From Tepidimonas sp. (GTDB lineage Bacteria; Pseudomonadota; Gammaproteobacteria; Burkholderiales; Burkholderiaceae_C), in contig NZ_DAISXZ010000003.1 of NCBI RefSeq assembly GCF_036825565.1, positions 8,527 to 72,526 on the forward strand: a stretch of 64,000 nucleotides of DNA. The letters are read 5' to 3'. Below are positions 14,437-27,623 of the stretch, piece after piece. Position 1 is the first letter of the stretch; every line of letters starts with the position of its first letter. The notes beneath the pieces are model-generated. The model was not told where the DNA came from. It saw only the letters and a program-made list of their open reading frames with translations, and searched no databases. A program made the position numbers and the translations under genes.

Positions 14437-17066
14437 CCGGCGGCCCGCCACAGCGCCAGGTGCTCGCCGCGCGCCACGCGCTGCAGATGGCCACCCACCT
14501 GCAGGGCCGGCATGGGCCGCCCCAGACCAAAGCCCTGCACCGCGTCGCAGCCGATCTGGCGCAGCGCATGCAGTTGGGCGGCCGTCTCCACGCCTTCGGC
14601 CACGGCCTCGCGCCCTAGGCGGTGCGCCAGGGCGACAGCCGCGGTGACGATGGCTGCATCGTCCGCATCGTCGGCCACATCCCGCACGAAGGTGCGATCG
14701 ATCTTGAGCCGGTCGATCGGCAGATGCTTGAGGTAGGCCAGGGACGAGTACCCCGTGCCAAAGTCGTCGATCGCGATGCGCGCGCCCAGCTCGCGCAGCC
14801 GCGACAACTCGGCTTCGGCGCGCCGCGGGTCGCGCATCATGGCCCCCTCAGTGATTTCGAATTCGATGCCGAGCAGGGGCAGCGCGGCCGAAGCGCCCTC
14901 GGGGTCGGCCGCGGCGAAGGCCTCGCGGATGCGCTCGGCCAGCCCCTCGCGGTCGAACTGGCGCGCCGACAGGTTGATGCTGAGCAACAGCGGCCACTCC
15001 GGGTACAGGTGCCGCCAGCGCTGCCGCTGGCGGGCGACCGCCGTGCACACCCAGCGGCCCAACGCCTCGATCAGGTCAGCCGACTGCTCGGCCATTGGCA
15101 CAAAGGCGGCCGGCGACAGCACTTCGCCATCCGCCTGCGGCCAGCGCAGCAGGGCCTCGAAGCCCAGCAGCGGCATCCCGTCGCTCAGGGCGTGGATGGG
15201 CTGGAAGTACAGATCGAGGGCGTCCCCCGCGATCGCCTCGCGCAGGCGCGCCTCGAGGTCGATGCGGCGCAGGACCTGTTCGTTCATGGCCGGGGTGTAG
15301 TAGCGCCACCCCGCGCCGCCTTCGCCCTTGGCGTGGTACATCGCGATGTCGGCCAGCCGCAGCAGCTCCGCCGCACGGCGCCCGTCGCGCGGGAAGGAGG
15401 CGATGCCGATCGAAGGCGTGACGTAGGCGCGCAGTACCCCATGGGCCCCGTTGTCGACGGTGAAGGGGTCCGACATGGCTTGCACGATCTGCAGCGAGAC
15501 CCGCGCGGCGTCGGCCTCGTCCTGCATGCCGGTCAGGGCTACGACGAATTCGTCGCCAACGATGCGCGCAACAATGTCGCTGGCCCGCAGGCGGGAGCGC
15601 AGCCGCTGCGCTGCCTCCACCAGCACCTGGTCACCGGCCTCGTGCCCCAGAGAGTCGTTGATGGCCTTGAAGCGGTCCAGATCGATGAACAGCACGCACA
15701 GGGGGCGGCCGTCGCGCTCGGCCGCAGCCAGCGCCTAGTCCAGCGCGACGGGCAGCGCGTGGCGGTTGGTCAAGCCGGTGAGGGCATCGGTACGTGCCAA
15801 CCGCTCGATGGTGTCCTGGGCGGCGCGGCGTTCGGTAACGTCGGTGTACACGGTGACGAAGCCACCCGTCGCCAGCGGCTGGCCCCGCACATGCAGCACC
15901 CGACCGTTCGGGCGGACGCGCTCGAACTCGTGCGGCTCGAAACGCAGGGCGCGCTCGCGCATCTCGGCGAGCAGGCGGTGCGGGTCGATTTGCGTTCCGT
16001 ACTCGCCGCGCTCGATGTTGTAGCGCAGCAAATCGACCAGGGTGATGTCGGGCTGCTCGAGCAGCGGTCGGGGCAGGTCCAGCAGGTCGAGCAGGCGGTC
16101 GTTCCAGACCTGCACGCGCAACTCCCGATCGACCATGGACACGCCGACGGGGATGTTGTCCACCAGCGTGCGCAGGATGTCGCGCGCCTGCGCCAGCCGC
16201 TCGCGTTCCTGCTTTTGCTCGGTGATGTCGGTGTAGGTGGTAACGAAGCCCACCACCTCGCCATCGCGCAGGATTGGCTCGCCGATGACCAGGTGCGTAC
16301 GGCCGTTGGGGCGGGTGCGCTCCAATCGGTGGGCGCGAAACTGCAGGGCAAGGCGCCGTCGTTCGGCCACTGCCTGCTCCGGGTCCACCGCACCGTACTC
16401 GCCGCGCTGGGCCGGCACCCGGATCAGGTCGTCGAAGTCCACCCCGTCGTAGAGCAGCTCCTTCGGCAAGTCCAGCACACGCCCGAATTCCGCATTCCAG
16501 ACCCGCAGCTTGAGCTGGCGGTCGAACACGCTCAGGCCCATCGGCAGGTTTTGCACGATGGCCTCCAGGTACGAGCTGCGTTCGCGCAGGATCGCCTCCA
16601 GCCGCGCCTGCTCGCTGATGTCGAGGTTGACACCGAACGCCATGCGCTGGCCCGTGGCCGGTTCGCGCGTGACGACGGTACGCAGCAGGTGGTGGGTGAT
16701 GCGGCCGTCCGGCTGCTGGATCCGGTAGCCCGTCTCTCCACTGCCGCGCGCGTAAGATTCTTCCAGCACGCGATTGACCCGCTCGCGGTCTTCCGGGGCC
16801 AACCGGCGCAGCGAGCGTTCGCGCTCGGCCGGCTCGTCCGGTGCGATGCCATGCATGCGCCGGAACACATCCGACCACCACAGCGTCTGCGTATCCAGAT
16901 TGCGCCGCCAGTGCGCGATATTCAGCCGGTCGAACAGCTCCGAGACCCAGCGCTGCTCTTCTTGCAGCAGGGTGCAGGCTCGATGACGTTCCCGCCGCTC
17001 GCGCCACCAAGCGATCCCCAGCCCAATGGCGAGCGCCCACCCGACCAGGGCCAGCCAGGCGGTCAT
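14406..17066 (-). pseudogene. TM-PAS-PAS-PAS-GGDEF-EAL c-di-GMP protein interrupted by an in-frame TAG at 15735-15737
   Basis: ORFs 15735-17066 and 14406-15695 are in one frame: TDALTGLTNRHALPVALD*ALAAAERDGRPLCVLFIDLDRFK; signature reads VGDEF; EAL, DDFGTGYSSL and EGVET are present. Confidence 0.85.
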
Positions 17067-17166
17067 TCCATGTGTCTCCTGCAGTGCCGATGCATGGGCT
17101 GTCAGTGTAGGCCGATACCAAGCCCGACGGGGAGGGCACAAACCCGGGGGCGGCTGCCGACGCCGC

Positions 17167-18705
17167 TCAGCGCCGCCGGGCGCTGCCGCCGACCAGTCCG
17201 CCCAGCAGCCCGCGCACGAGCTGCCGGCCCAGGTTGGCGCCGATCTCGCGCACCGCGGTCTTGACCACCGCCTGAACCAGCCCGTCTTGCTGCCCGCCGC
17301 GCGGGCCGGTGCGGCCAAACAGCACCTCGCCCACGCGGGCACCTAGGCCGGCGGAATCGGCCGGTGTGGACTGGGGTGCGGCGGCCGTCGAGCCGGCGGC
17401 ACCGGCACCGTCGCGCGGCGGCTGACCGCCCTGATGGCTGGCGCGCAGCCGCTCATACGCGCTTTCGCGGTCCACCGCCTGGTCGTACACGCCTGCCACC
17501 AGCGAGTCGCGCAGTAGCGCCTGGCGCTCCTGCGGTGTCACCGGCCCCAGGCGGCTACCCGGGGGCGTGATCCAGACCCGCTCGGTCTCGCTCGGGCGGC
17601 CCTTGCTGTCGAGCAGGCTAACCAGGGCCTCGCCCACGGCCAGTTCGGTGATCGCGGCCTCGATGTTGAGCCCCGCCTTGGGCCGCATCGTCTGTGCGGT
17701 GGCCTTGACGGCCTTTTGGTCGCGCGGGGTGAAGGCCCGCAGCGCATGCTGAATGCGGTTGCCCAACTGGCCCAGCACGCTGTCGGGGATATCGAGTGGA
17801 TTCTGGGTGACGAAGTACACGCCTACGCCCTTGGATCGCACCAGGCGCACGACCAGTTCGATGCGCTCCACCAACACCTTGGGGGCGTCTTCGAATAGCA
17901 GGTGCGCCTCGTCGAAGAAGAACACGAGCTTGGGCTTGTCCAGGTCGCCCACCTCGGGCAGCGCCTCGAACAGCTCCGACAGCAGCCACAGCAAAAAGGT
18001 GCCGTACAGCCGCGGCGCGTTGAGCAGCTTGTCGGCAGCCAGGATGTTGACCACGCCTTGGCTGTCCACCGTCTGCATCAGGTCGGTGATATCGAGCATC
18101 GGCTCGCCAAAAAACCGGTCCGCTCCCTGCTGCTCCAGCGCCAGCAGCCCGCGCTGGATGGCGCCGATGCTGGCCGCGCTGATGTTGCCGTATGCGGTGG
18201 TGAACTGCCGGGCGTTGTTGCCGACGTGCTGCAGCATCGCGCGCAGGTCCTTCAGGTCCAGCAGGAGCAGGCCCTGGTCGTCGGCAATCTTGAACACCAG
18301 GTTGAGCACACCGGCCTGGGTTTCGTTGAGGCCGAGCATGCGCGCCAGCAGTAGCGGGCCCATGTCGCTGATCGTGGCGCGCACCGGGTGGCCCTGCTCG
18401 CCAAACACATCCCACAGCGTCACCGGGCAGGCAGTGGGCGGCGGCGGTGTGATGCCGCGGTCCGCCAGCACCTGGGCCAGCTTGCCCTCGATGCGCCCGG
18501 GCTGGCTGATGCCGGTCAGGTCGCCCTTGACGTCGGCCATGAACACCGGCACCCCCAGGCGCGAGAGGCCCTCGGCCAGCGTCTGCAGGGTGACGGTCTT
18601 GCCGGTGCCGGTGGCGCCGGTGATGAGGCCGTGGCGGTTGACCTTGTCGGGCAGCAGCAGGCACTCGATGGCGTCGCGGCGGGCGATCAGAATCGGCTCG
18701 GTCAT
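17167..18705 (-). CDS. DUF853/YjgR HerA-like P-loop ATPase
   Basis: [44 protein letters not shown]. Confidence 0.9.
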   Translation of the reverse strand: MTEPILIARRDAIECLLLPDKVNRHGLITGATGTGKTVTLQTLAEGLSRLGVPVFMADVKGDLTGISQPGRIEGKLAQVLADRGITPPPPTACPVTLWDVFGEQGHPVRATISDMGPLLLARMLGLNETQAGVLNLVFKIADDQGLLLLDLKDLRAMLQHVGNNARQFTTAYGNISAASIGAIQRGLLALEQQGADRFFGEPMLDITDLMQTVDSQGVVNILAADKLLNAPRLYGTFLLWLLSELFEALPEVGDLDKPKLVFFFDEAHLLFEDAPKVLVERIELVVRLVRSKGVGVYFVTQNPLDIPDSVLGQLGNRIQHALRAFTPRDQKAVKATAQTMRPKAGLNIEAAITELAVGEALVSLLDSKGRPSETERVWITPPGSRLGPVTPQERQALLRDSLVAGVYDQAVDRESAYERLRASHQGGQPPRDGAGAAGSTAAAPQSTPADSAGLGARVGEVLFGRTGPRGGQQDGLVQAVVKTAVREIGANLGRQLVRGLLGGLVGGSARRR

Positions 18706-18847
18706 GGCGGGGTGTTCGGGTCGTGGGGCAGGGTGGGAGTCGCTTGCGGCTGGCTGCCGCCGGCCGCCGCAGGGGCGCGCGTAGAATAGCGGGCTACCCC
18801 AACGGTCAGCCGGACCCGATTATCGCGACGGAATCGACGAGGTTTGC

Positions 18848-19573
18848 ATGGCAGGACATTCCAAGTGGGCCAACATCCAGCACCGCAAGGCGCGCCAGGA
18901 CGAGAAGCGCCAGCGCATCTGGACGCGCGTGGTGCGCGAGATCATGATCGCGGCGCGCCAGGGCGGCGGTGACCCGGCCGCCAATCCGCGCCTGCGGCTG
19001 GCCATCGACAAGGCCAAGGCCGCCAACATGCCGGCCGACACCATCAAACGCAACATCGACAAGGCCACGGGCAACCTCGAGGGCGTCAACTACGAGGAGG
19101 TGCGCTACGAGGGCTACGGCATTGGCGGCGCGGCCGTCATCGTCGACTGCATGACCGACAACCGCGTGCGTACGGTGGCCGAAGTGCGCCATGCCTTCAG
19201 CAAGCACGGCGGCAACCTGGGCACCGAGGGGTCGGTGGCGTTTCAGTTCCAGCACTGCGGGCAGATCGTCTTTGAGCCCGGCACCAGCGAGGACAAGGTG
19301 ATGGAAGTCGCCCTGGAGGCCGGCGCCGATGACGTCATCACGCAGGAGGACGGCTCGATCGAGGTGCTGACCGCGCCGGCGCAGTTCGAGGCCGTGCGCG
19401 ACGCGCTGCAGGCTGCGGGGCTGGCCCCCGCGATGGCCGACATCACCTGGCGGCCCTCCAACACCGTGGTGTTGGAGGGCGAGGACGCGCAGCGCATGCA
19501 GAAGCTGCTCGACGCCATCGAAGACCTGGATGACGTGCAGGACGTCTTCCACAACGCGGAACTGCCGGAATGA
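18848..19573 (+). CDS. yebC: YebC/PmpR family protein
   Basis: [29 protein letters not shown]. Confidence 0.96.
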   Translation: MAGHSKWANIQHRKARQDEKRQRIWTRVVREIMIAARQGGGDPAANPRLRLAIDKAKAANMPADTIKRNIDKATGNLEGVNYEEVRYEGYGIGGAAVIVDCMTDNRVRTVAEVRHAFSKHGGNLGTEGSVAFQFQHCGQIVFEPGTSEDKVMEVALEAGADDVITQEDGSIEVLTAPAQFEAVRDALQAAGLAPAMADITWRPSNTVVLEGEDAQRMQKLLDAIEDLDDVQDVFHNAELPE

Positions 19574-20871
19574 ACGAACGCATTCGGGTGCTGGTCGTCG
19601 GCGGCGGCGGCCGCGAGCACGCGCTGGCGTGGAAGCTCAAGCAGTCCCTGCGCGCGGGGCAGGTGTTCGTCGCGCCTGGCAATGGCGGCACCGCGTGTGA
19701 TCCAGATCTGGTCAATGTGCCCATCACCGACGTCGCGGCCTTGCGCGACTGGGCGCTGGCCAACCGCATCGGCTTGACGGTGGTCGGGCCGGAGGCCCCG
19801 CTGGCCGCCGGCATCGTGGACGTCTTTCGCGCCGCGGGCCTGCGCATCTTCGGCCCGACGCAGGCAGCCGCGCAGCTCGAAAGCTCCAAGGCCTTTGCCA
19901 AGGCGTTCATGCAGCGCCACGGGATCCCCACCGCGGCGCACGAGACTTTCTCCGACCCCGCGGCGGCGCACGCCTACGTGGACCGGGTGGGTGCCCCCAT
20001 CGTCGTCAAGGCCGACGGTTTGGCGGCGGGCAAGGGCGTGGTGGTGGCCATGACCGCTGCCGAGGCGCACGAGGCGATCGACTTCATGCTGGTGGACAAC
20101 CGCCTGGGCGTGCAGCACAACGCCGAGGGGGCGCGTGTGGTCATCGAGTCCTACCTGCAAGGGGAGGAGGCCAGCTTTATCGTCCTGGTGGATGGCACCC
20201 ATGTGCTGCCGCTGGCCACCAGCCAGGACCACAAGCGGTTACTGGACGGCGACGCCGGGCCCAACACCGGCGGGATGGGTGCCTATTCGCCCGCGCCCGT
20301 CGTCACGCCCGCGGTGCATGCGCGTGCCCTGCGCGAGGTGATCGAGCCGACCGTGCGCGCCATGGCGGCCGAGGGGACGCCTTACACGGGCTTTTTGTAT
20401 GCGGGGTTGATGGTGGCGCCGGACGGCAGCATCCAGACGCTGGAGTTCAACTGCCGCATGGGCGATCCCGAGACGCAACCCATCCTGATGCGCTTGCGCA
20501 GCGACTTGGTGGAGGTGTTGCTGGCGGCGACCGAGGGGCGGCTGGACACCGTGTCCTTGGACTGGGACCCGCGCGTCGCTCTGGGCGTGGTGGTGGCGGC
20601 GGCCGGCTATCCGCTCACGCCGCGCAAAGGGGATGCCATCGTCGCGCTGCCGGCGGACGTGGCCGATGCCGTTGTCTTCCACGCAGGCACTGCACTGCAG
20701 CAGGGGCAGTTGGTGACCAGCGGCGGGCGCGTGCTGTGCGCCACTGCGTTGGGGGCCGACGTCGCCGCGGCTCGCGACCGCGCTTATGCGCTGGTGCGTG
20801 GCATCGCCTTCGACGGCATGCAGTACCGACACGATATCGGCCACCGCGCACTGGCGCGCCAGGCCGGCTGA
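19570..20871 (+). CDS. purD: phosphoribosylamine--glycine ligase
   Basis: [43 protein letters not shown]. Confidence 0.97.
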   Translation: MNERIRVLVVGGGGREHALAWKLKQSLRAGQVFVAPGNGGTACDPDLVNVPITDVAALRDWALANRIGLTVVGPEAPLAAGIVDVFRAAGLRIFGPTQAAAQLESSKAFAKAFMQRHGIPTAAHETFSDPAAAHAYVDRVGAPIVVKADGLAAGKGVVVAMTAAEAHEAIDFMLVDNRLGVQHNAEGARVVIESYLQGEEASFIVLVDGTHVLPLATSQDHKRLLDGDAGPNTGGMGAYSPAPVVTPAVHARALREVIEPTVRAMAAEGTPYTGFLYAGLMVAPDGSIQTLEFNCRMGDPETQPILMRLRSDLVEVLLAATEGRLDTVSLDWDPRVALGVVVAAAGYPLTPRKGDAIVALPADVADAVVFHAGTALQQGQLVTSGGRVLCATALGADVAAARDRAYALVRGIAFDGMQYRHDIGHRALARQAG

Positions 20872-20924
20872 ATGCGCCCGCGGCCGGGCAGGCCGGCCGC
20901 CCACCGCGCCCCGAGGAGGCAACC

Positions 20925-21845
20925 ATGGCCCACGAGCCCGTGACCCAGATGCGCGAATACCTGTTGGGTTTGCAGCAGCGCATCACCAGCGCCATTTCCG
21001 AGATCGACGGTCGCTCCTTCCATTCGGATGCCTGGGAGAAGGCGCCGGGGGAGGCGCTGCAGGGCAGCGGTGTGACGCAAATCCTGGAAGGCGGCGAGGT
21101 GTTCGAGCGCGCTGGCTGCGGGTTTTCGCACGTCAGCGGCCCGAAGCTGCCCCCGTCGGCCACGCAGCACCGCCCCGAGTTGGCCGGCGCGCCGTTCGAG
21201 GCCTTGGGCGTGTCGCTGGTGTTCCACCCGCGCAACCCCTATGTGCCCACCGTGCACATGAATGTGCGCATGATCACGGCGCGCCCGGCCCGCGGCGGCG
21301 AAGCGGTGAGCTGGTTTGGCGGTGGCATGGACCTCACGCCCTACTACGGCTTCGAGGAGGACGCGGTGCACTTCCACCGCACCTGCGCGCAGGCACTGGC
21401 GCCCTTCGGCGCGGACAAATACCTGCGCTTTAAGGCCTGGTGTGACGATTACTTTTGCCTGCGCCACCGCGGCGAGCAGCGCGGCATCGGCGGGATTTTT
21501 TACGACGACTTTTCGGAGCTGGGCTTCGAGGGCGGTTTTGCGATGACGCGCGCCGTGGGCGACGCCTTTTTGCACGCCTACCTGCCCATCGTGCAGCGCC
21601 GCGTCGGCACACCCTACGGCGAGCGCGAACGCCAGTTCCAGCTCTACCGCCGCGGCCGCTACGTCGAGTTCAACCTGGTCTGGGACCGGGGGACGCACTT
21701 CGGGTTGCAGTCGGGCGGGCGCACCGAGTCCATCCTGCTGTCCATGCCGCCGCTGGTGCGCTGGTCGTACAACGAGCGGCCCCAGCCCGGCACGCCCGAG
21801 CATCGGCTGTTGACCGAATTTCTGGTGCGTCGCGACTGGCTGTGA
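20925..21845 (+). CDS. hemF: oxygen-dependent coproporphyrinogen III oxidase
   Basis: [45 protein letters not shown]. Confidence 0.97.
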   Translation: MAHEPVTQMREYLLGLQQRITSAISEIDGRSFHSDAWEKAPGEALQGSGVTQILEGGEVFERAGCGFSHVSGPKLPPSATQHRPELAGAPFEALGVSLVFHPRNPYVPTVHMNVRMITARPARGGEAVSWFGGGMDLTPYYGFEEDAVHFHRTCAQALAPFGADKYLRFKAWCDDYFCLRHRGEQRGIGGIFYDDFSELGFEGGFAMTRAVGDAFLHAYLPIVQRRVGTPYGERERQFQLYRRGRYVEFNLVWDRGTHFGLQSGGRTESILLSMPPLVRWSYNERPQPGTPEHRLLTEFLVRRDWL

Positions 21846-22519
21846 CCGGTGCCACCCCCGTGTGCGCCCCTGCTGCGCGCCGCATTGGTGTGTACGGCGG
21901 CGCATTCGACCCACCCCATCGCGCGCATCGGGTCCTGGCTGAGGCGGCGCTGCGGCAACTCGCGCTCGACACCCTGCTGATCCTGCCCACCGGTCAGGCC
22001 TGGCACAAGGCCCGTCCGCTGACCGACGCGCGGCACCGGCTGGCCATGTGCCGCTTGGCCTTTGCCGATTTGCCCGGGGTGGTGGTGGATGGGCGGGAGA
22101 TCGCGCGCGACGGCCCGACGTACACCGTGGATACCCTGGCCGAACTGCGCGCCGAGCATCCCGGGGCGGTGCTGTTCGTGGTCATGGGGGCGGATCAGTG
22201 GCTGGCCTTTCGCACTTGGCGGCGCTGGGACGACATCCTGCGCTGGGCGACGGTGGCCGTGGCCAACCGGCCGCTGGCCGAGGGCGGTGCACCGCTGCCC
22301 GATCTGGCCCAAGTGGGGCTGCCGTTCGTCGCACTCGATCTGCCCCCGACGGACCTGAGCGCAACGGCCGTGCGCGACCAGTGGCGCCAGGGCTGCCGGC
22401 CACCTGGCGCCAGCGATGCGACGCCCGCCCCCGATGTGGCGGCGCTGGTGCCGCCTGCTGTCGCGCGGTATATTTCCGACCATCGGCTCTATGCTGCGAC
22501 GCTCGGGCCGGCCGCTTGA
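21842..22519 (+). CDS. nadD: nicotinate-nucleotide adenylyltransferase
   Basis: [32 protein letters not shown] overlap with hemF. Confidence 0.92.
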   Translation: MTGATPVCAPAARRIGVYGGAFDPPHRAHRVLAEAALRQLALDTLLILPTGQAWHKARPLTDARHRLAMCRLAFADLPGVVVDGREIARDGPTYTVDTLAELRAEHPGAVLFVVMGADQWLAFRTWRRWDDILRWATVAVANRPLAEGGAPLPDLAQVGLPFVALDLPPTDLSATAVRDQWRQGCRPPGASDATPAPDVAALVPPAVARYISDHRLYAATLGPAA

Positions 22520-22531
22520 CAAACCGATTCC

Positions 22532-22990
22532 ATGACCGACACCGCCGCCCATCGCCAGATCCAGAAACTCCAGCGCGCCATCGTTGACGGCCTCGAGGAC
22601 GTCAAGGCCCAGGATATCCAAGTCTTCAACACCGAGGCGATCACGCCGCTGTTCGAGCGGGTCATCATCGCCAGCGGCACCTCCAACCGCCAGACCAAGG
22701 CGCTGGCCGCGAGCGTGCGGGACAAAGTGGCCGAGGCCGGGTTTGCCAAACCCCGGGTGGAGGGGGAGGACAACGGCGAGTGGATCATCGTGGACTGTGG
22801 CGCGGCCGTCGTGCATGTGATGCAGCCTGCCATCCGCCAGTACTACCGGCTGGAGGAGATTTGGGGCGGCAAGCCGGTGCGCCTGCGCCGGGCGGCTCCG
22901 CGTGCCGCCACCCCGTCGGCGGCCGGAGCCGCTGCCCCGCGGGCGTCCGCGTCGCGGGGCCGCCGCTCGGCGGCCGACGACGCCGCATGA
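22532..22990 (+). CDS. rsfS: ribosome silencing factor
   Basis: [32 protein letters not shown]. Confidence 0.95.
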   Translation: MTDTAAHRQIQKLQRAIVDGLEDVKAQDIQVFNTEAITPLFERVIIASGTSNRQTKALAASVRDKVAEAGFAKPRVEGEDNGEWIIVDCGAAVVHVMQPAIRQYYRLEEIWGGKPVRLRRAAPRAATPSAAGAAAPRASASRGRRSAADDAA

Positions 22991-23457
22991 AATGGCATTT
23001 GCTGGCCGTGGGCCAGCGCATGCCCGACTGGGCCGAGGCGGCTTACGAGGATTACGCCAAACGCTTCCCGCCCGAGGCGCGGGTGCACCTGCGCACCGTC
23101 AAGGCCGAGCCACGCACCAGCGGCAAACCTGCCGACGCGCTGATGGCGGCCGAGCGCCAGCGCCTGGAGGCCGTCTGCCCGAAAGGCGCCCGCTTGGTCG
23201 TGTTGGACGAGCGCGGCGACCGCTGCACCACGCAGGAGCTGGCACAGCGTCTGCGGCAGTGGCAGCTCGACGGCGTCGACGTCGCTTTCGTGATCGGCGG
23301 GCCGGACGGGCTGGATCCCGCGCTGCGCCAGGCCGCCCGGCATCGGCTGCGCCTGTCTGACCTGACCTTGCCGCACGCCCTGGCGCGCGTGCTGCTTATC
23401 GAGCAACTCTACCGGGCGTGGTCTATCAACACCGGCCACCCCTACCACCGCGAATGA
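22987..23457 (+). CDS. rlmH: 23S rRNA pseudouridine(1915)-N3 methyltransferase
   Basis: [28 protein letters not shown]. Confidence 0.96.
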   Translation: MKWHLLAVGQRMPDWAEAAYEDYAKRFPPEARVHLRTVKAEPRTSGKPADALMAAERQRLEAVCPKGARLVVLDERGDRCTTQELAQRLRQWQLDGVDVAFVIGGPDGLDPALRQAARHRLRLSDLTLPHALARVLLIEQLYRAWSINTGHPYHRE

Positions 23458-24092
23458 CCGAGGCCCGCCCCGACCTGCCCACCGACGACCGCCCATGGGT
23501 GTACCTGGCGTCGCAAAGCCCACGCCGCCGCCAGTTGCTGGAGCAGTGGGGCGTAACCGCCGTGCCGCTGCTGCCGGATGCCGATGAGGACCCCGAGGCG
23601 CTGGAGTGCGTGCAGCCCGGGGAGGCACCGCTGGCCTATGTGCGGCGCGTTGCCCGCCTCAAGCTGCGGGCGGCAGAGGCCCGGCGCCAGCGCCGGGGCT
23701 GGCCGGTCGGTTTGGTTCTGTGTGCCGACACCACCGTCGCGCACGGGGGCGACATCCTCGGCAAGCCGGCGGACGCCGTGGACGCCGCTCGCATACTGCA
23801 GCGCCTGTCGGGTCGGCGCCATCAGGTGCTCACCGCGGTGGCGGTTACGCGGGGGCGGCGCGAATGGCTGGCGGTGAACCGTTCCACGGTCACCTTCAAG
23901 CCCCTGTCGCCGGAAGACATTGCGGCCTACATCGCCACCGGCGAGCCGTTCGGCAAGGCGGGCGCCTACGGCATCCAGGGCCGCGCCGGCCTGTGGGCCC
24001 GGCGCATCACCGGCAGCTACACGGGCATCATGGGCCTGCCCGCGTACGAGACGGCCGAGCTGCTGCGGCGCGCCGGCCTGTCTCTGCGGTAA
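23454..24092 (+). CDS. maf: Maf family nucleoside triphosphate pyrophosphatase
   Basis: [25 protein letters not shown]. Confidence 0.93.
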   Translation: MTEARPDLPTDDRPWVYLASQSPRRRQLLEQWGVTAVPLLPDADEDPEALECVQPGEAPLAYVRRVARLKLRAAEARRQRRGWPVGLVLCADTTVAHGGDILGKPADAVDAARILQRLSGRRHQVLTAVAVTRGRREWLAVNRSTVTFKPLSPEDIAAYIATGEPFGKAGAYGIQGRAGLWARRITGSYTGIMGLPAYETAELLRRAGLSLR

Positions 24093-24105
24093 GCTGTCGG
24101 CCATC

Positions 24106-25590
24106 ATGGCCCAGCACGACATCCTCATCAACTGGTCCCCGCAGGAGTCCCGCGTCGCCCTGATCGAACAGGGCGCGGTGCAGGAGGTTCTGCTGGAGCG
24201 CGCGCTGGAGCGCGGTTTGGTGGGCAACATCTATGTCGGTCGGGTGCAGCGGGTGCTGCCCGGCATGCAGTCCGCGTTCATCGACATCGGGCTGGATCGC
24301 ACGGCGTTTTTGCACGTGGCCGATTTGCTGCTGCAGATCAACGTCCGCCATGCTCCGGCGCGCGCGGGCGAGCCCGAGGCCCCCAGCATGCCCCCGATCG
24401 AGCGCCAGGTGTTCGAGGGGCAGTCGATTCTGGTGCAGGTGCTCAAGGACCCGATCGGCACCAAGGGCGCGCGGCTGACCGCGCAGACCAGCATCGCGGG
24501 GCGGCTGCTGGTGTTTCTGCCCCAGGACGGGCACGTCGGCGTGTCGCAAAAAATCCCGCCGGCCCAGCGCGAGGCGCTGCGCCAACGCCTGCTTGCCCTG
24601 GTGGGCGACGGCGGGGGCGGATTCATCCTGCGCACGAATGCCGAGGACGCCAGTGACGAGGAGTTGGCCGAGGACATCGCCTACCTGCGCAAGACCTGGG
24701 CCCGCATCCGAGAGCGGGCGGTGCAGGTGGCGCCCCCCGCGCTGCTGCACGAAGATCTGACCCTGGTGCAGCGGGTGCTGCGCGATCTGGCCGGGCCGCA
24801 GACGCGCTCCATCCAGGTGGATTCGCGCGAGCAGTTTGCGGCCCTGCAGGCGTTTGCCCAGGAGTACACCCCGCAGGTGGCGGACCGGCTGGTCCTCTAC
24901 CGCGGCGAGCGGCCCATCTTCGACCAATACCATGTGGACGAGGAGATCGAGCGCGCGCTGGGGCGCCGCGTCGATCTCAAATCGGGCGGTTATTTGGTGT
25001 TCGACCAGACCGAGGCGCTGACGACGATCGATGTCAACACGGGCGGCTTCGTCGGGGCGCGCAACTTCGACGACACGGTATTTCGCACCAACCTGGAGGC
25101 GGCGCAGGCCATCGCGCGCCAATTGCGGCTGCGCAACCTGGGCGGCATCGTCATCATCGATTTCATCGACATGGTGCGCGACGACCACCGCGACGCCGTG
25201 CTGGCCGAGCTGCGCAAGCAGCTCGCGCGCGACCGCGTCAAGACAATGATCGGCGGTTTCTCGCAGCTGGGGCTGGTCGAAATGACGCGCAAGCGCACGC
25301 GCGAATCGCTGGCGCAGATGCTGACCGAAACCTGTCCCGCCTGTGACGGCCGCGGCCGGGTGCGTACCACGCGCACCGTTTGCTACGACATCCTGCGCGA
25401 GATTCTGCGCGAGGCGCGCGCCTTCAACCCGCGCGAGTTCCGCATCATCGCCGCGCCGCAGGTGGTCGAGCGATTTTTGGACGAGGAAAGCCAACACCTC
25501 GCAGGGCTGTCGGACTTCATCGGCAAGCCCATTTCGCTGCAGAGCGAAAGCACCATGACGCAGGAGCAATACGACATCGTGCTGATGTGA
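24106..25590 (+). CDS. rng: ribonuclease G
   Basis: LPGMQSAFIDIG, IDVNTG, RLRNLGGIVIIDFIDM. Confidence 0.96.
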   Translation: MAQHDILINWSPQESRVALIEQGAVQEVLLERALERGLVGNIYVGRVQRVLPGMQSAFIDIGLDRTAFLHVADLLLQINVRHAPARAGEPEAPSMPPIERQVFEGQSILVQVLKDPIGTKGARLTAQTSIAGRLLVFLPQDGHVGVSQKIPPAQREALRQRLLALVGDGGGGFILRTNAEDASDEELAEDIAYLRKTWARIRERAVQVAPPALLHEDLTLVQRVLRDLAGPQTRSIQVDSREQFAALQAFAQEYTPQVADRLVLYRGERPIFDQYHVDEEIERALGRRVDLKSGGYLVFDQTEALTTIDVNTGGFVGARNFDDTVFRTNLEAAQAIARQLRLRNLGGIVIIDFIDMVRDDHRDAVLAELRKQLARDRVKTMIGGFSQLGLVEMTRKRTRESLAQMLTETCPACDGRGRVRTTRTVCYDILREILREARAFNPREFRIIAAPQVVERFLDEESQHLAGLSDFIGKPISLQSESTMTQEQYDIVLM

Positions 25591-25606
25591 GCGGGCGGGC
25601 GGCGGG

Positions 25607-27505
25607 TCAAGCCGCGTCTTCGGCGGCGGAGACGGGACTGTCGCCATCGTCCAGCCAGCCGCCGCTGCCTTGGGCATAGAGCCGGGCATACAGCCCGCCG
25701 GCGGCCAGCAGTTCCCCGTGGCGGCCCTGCTCGATCACCCGCCCGGCCTCCAGCACGACGATGCGGTCGGCATGCGCGATGGTCGAAAGGCGGTGCGCGA
25801 TCACGAGCGTGGTGCGTCCGGCCATCAGCCGGCCCAGGGCCTCTTGCACCAGGCGTTCGGATTCGTTGTCCAGCGCGGAGGTGGCTTCGTCCAGAATGAG
25901 CACCGGCGCATCCTTGTAGATCGCGCGTGCGATGGCGAGCCGTTGGCGTTGACCGCCGGACAACTGGGCCGCGTTGTGGCCCACGATGGTCTGCAGGCCC
26001 TCCGGCAGCGTCGGCCACCAGTCGCCCAGGTTGGCCGCCTCCAGCGCGGCGCGTACGCGCGGCTCGACGGGGTGGTCGTCACCCAGCGCCACGTTGGTCA
26101 ATACCGTGTCGTTGAGCATTACCACGTCCTGGCTGACGATCGCAAACTGCCGCCTCAGGGCGCGCAACTCCCACTCGCGCACATCCACGCCGTCGAGCCG
26201 CACGGTGCCGTGGCTGGGGGCGACGAAGCGCGGCAGCAGGTTGATCAGCGTGGTCTTGCCCGATCCGGACGGGCCGACGAACGCCACCACCTCGCCCGGC
26301 GCAATCTCCAGCGACACGCCGCGCACCGCCGCACCCGGCTGGCCCGCATAACGCACCCACACGTCCTGCAGGCTGATGCGCCCCTGTGCCCGCCCGCCGT
26401 CGTGCTGCCCGCCGCTTTGTACCGGCGTGTCTTCGATCAGCGCCACTCCGCGTTCCAGCGCGGCCAGCCCGCGCGTGATTGGGGTGGCAATGTCCGCGAG
26501 CTGGCGAATCGGCGTCACGAGCATCAACATCGCCGTCACGAAGCCGACGAAGCTGCCGACCGACACCCCGCCAGAGGCCTGGTGAAGCGCCACCATGATG
26601 ACGGCCGACAAGGCCGTGGCCGCCAGGATCTGCGACAGCGGCGTCATGGCCGCGGCCGCGACCGTGCTCTTGAGCGCCAGGCTGCGCAGCGCGGCGTTGA
26701 GGGTCGCAAACCGCCGCTGTTGCTGTGCCTGGGCGCCGTGCAGCCGCACCAGCCGGTGGGCCAGCACATTTTCCTCGACCACATAGGCCAGTTCGTCGGT
26801 GGCGGCCTGGCTGCGCCGGGTCACGCCGTACAGCCGGCGCGACAGGGCCTTCATGCCCCAGGACAGCGGCGGGAACATGGCCAGCACGATCAGCGTGAGC
26901 TGCCAGTTCAGCCACAGCAGATAGGCCAGCAACGCGGCGATCGTGAACACGGTGCGCACCAGGGTCAGCAGCGCGCCGACGAGCTGACCGGCGCCGTTTT
27001 GCACTTCGTACACCAGGGTGTTCGACAGGCGACTGGCGTTTTGTTCGGCGAACAGGCGCAGGTCCGCCTCGCCCAACCGCTCGAACATCGCGCGCCGCAG
27101 CGCCACCATGCCCCCATTGGTGGTGTAGGCCAGCCCGTACTGGGCGACGAAGGTGGCCAACCCGCGCAGCGCGAACAGGCCGATTAGCGCCACAGGGACC
27201 GTCCACAGGGGCAGGCCACCCGCGATGAACCCCTCGTCGAGCAGCAGCTTCAGCAGGGCGGGGATGGCGGGCTCGGTCAGCGCCGCGAGCAGCGCCCCCA
27301 GGGCGGCGATGCCCACCCCCGCCCGCGCGGGGCGGAAGTACGGCCACAGGCGCCGCAGCCGGTCGCGCACGCGCGCGCCAGCCTTGGCCCTGTCGGGGCC
27401 GGCGGCGGCTGGGGAGGGATCGGGCGCTGTGGTCGACAAGGCGGGCGGTGGAGCGGGGCCGTTGCGGCGGGAACTTTCTTGGGGGTGGTCGACACCCAGG
27501 GCCAC
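25607..27505 (-). CDS. msbA: lipid A export ABC transporter permease/ATPase
   Basis: ABC transmembrane domain plus [25 protein letters not shown]; start uncertain (GTG 27505 or TTG 27439). Confidence 0.88.
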   Translation of the reverse strand: MALGVDHPQESSRRNGPAPPPALSTTAPDPSPAAAGPDRAKAGARVRDRLRRLWPYFRPARAGVGIAALGALLAALTEPAIPALLKLLLDEGFIAGGLPLWTVPVALIGLFALRGLATFVAQYGLAYTTNGGMVALRRAMFERLGEADLRLFAEQNASRLSNTLVYEVQNGAGQLVGALLTLVRTVFTIAALLAYLLWLNWQLTLIVLAMFPPLSWGMKALSRRLYGVTRRSQAATDELAYVVEENVLAHRLVRLHGAQAQQQRRFATLNAALRSLALKSTVAAAAMTPLSQILAATALSAVIMVALHQASGGVSVGSFVGFVTAMLMLVTPIRQLADIATPITRGLAALERGVALIEDTPVQSGGQHDGGRAQGRISLQDVWVRYAGQPGAAVRGVSLEIAPGEVVAFVGPSGSGKTTLINLLPRFVAPSHGTVRLDGVDVREWELRALRRQFAIVSQDVVMLNDTVLTNVALGDDHPVEPRVRAALEAANLGDWWPTLPEGLQTIVGHNAAQLSGGQRQRLAIARAIYKDAPVLILDEATSALDNESERLVQEALGRLMAGRTTLVIAHRLSTIAHADRIVVLEAGRVIEQGRHGELLAAGGLYARLYAQGSGGWLDDGDSPVSAAEDAA

Positions 27506-27623
27506 GGTGACGCTTCCGGTATTATCCGCCGTACCGCGCATTTCCCGCACACATTCCCCGCACCCACCGCGCACGCCGCGGCGGTGCGTTCGTCTCGTTG
27601 TCCGACCGCCAACCACCGCTTCG

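Noticed and set aside
15735..15737. TAG as a pyrrolysine or programmed readthrough codon
   Set aside because: No pyl genes or suppressor tRNA are in the window, and a point nonsense mutation or sequencing error is simpler.
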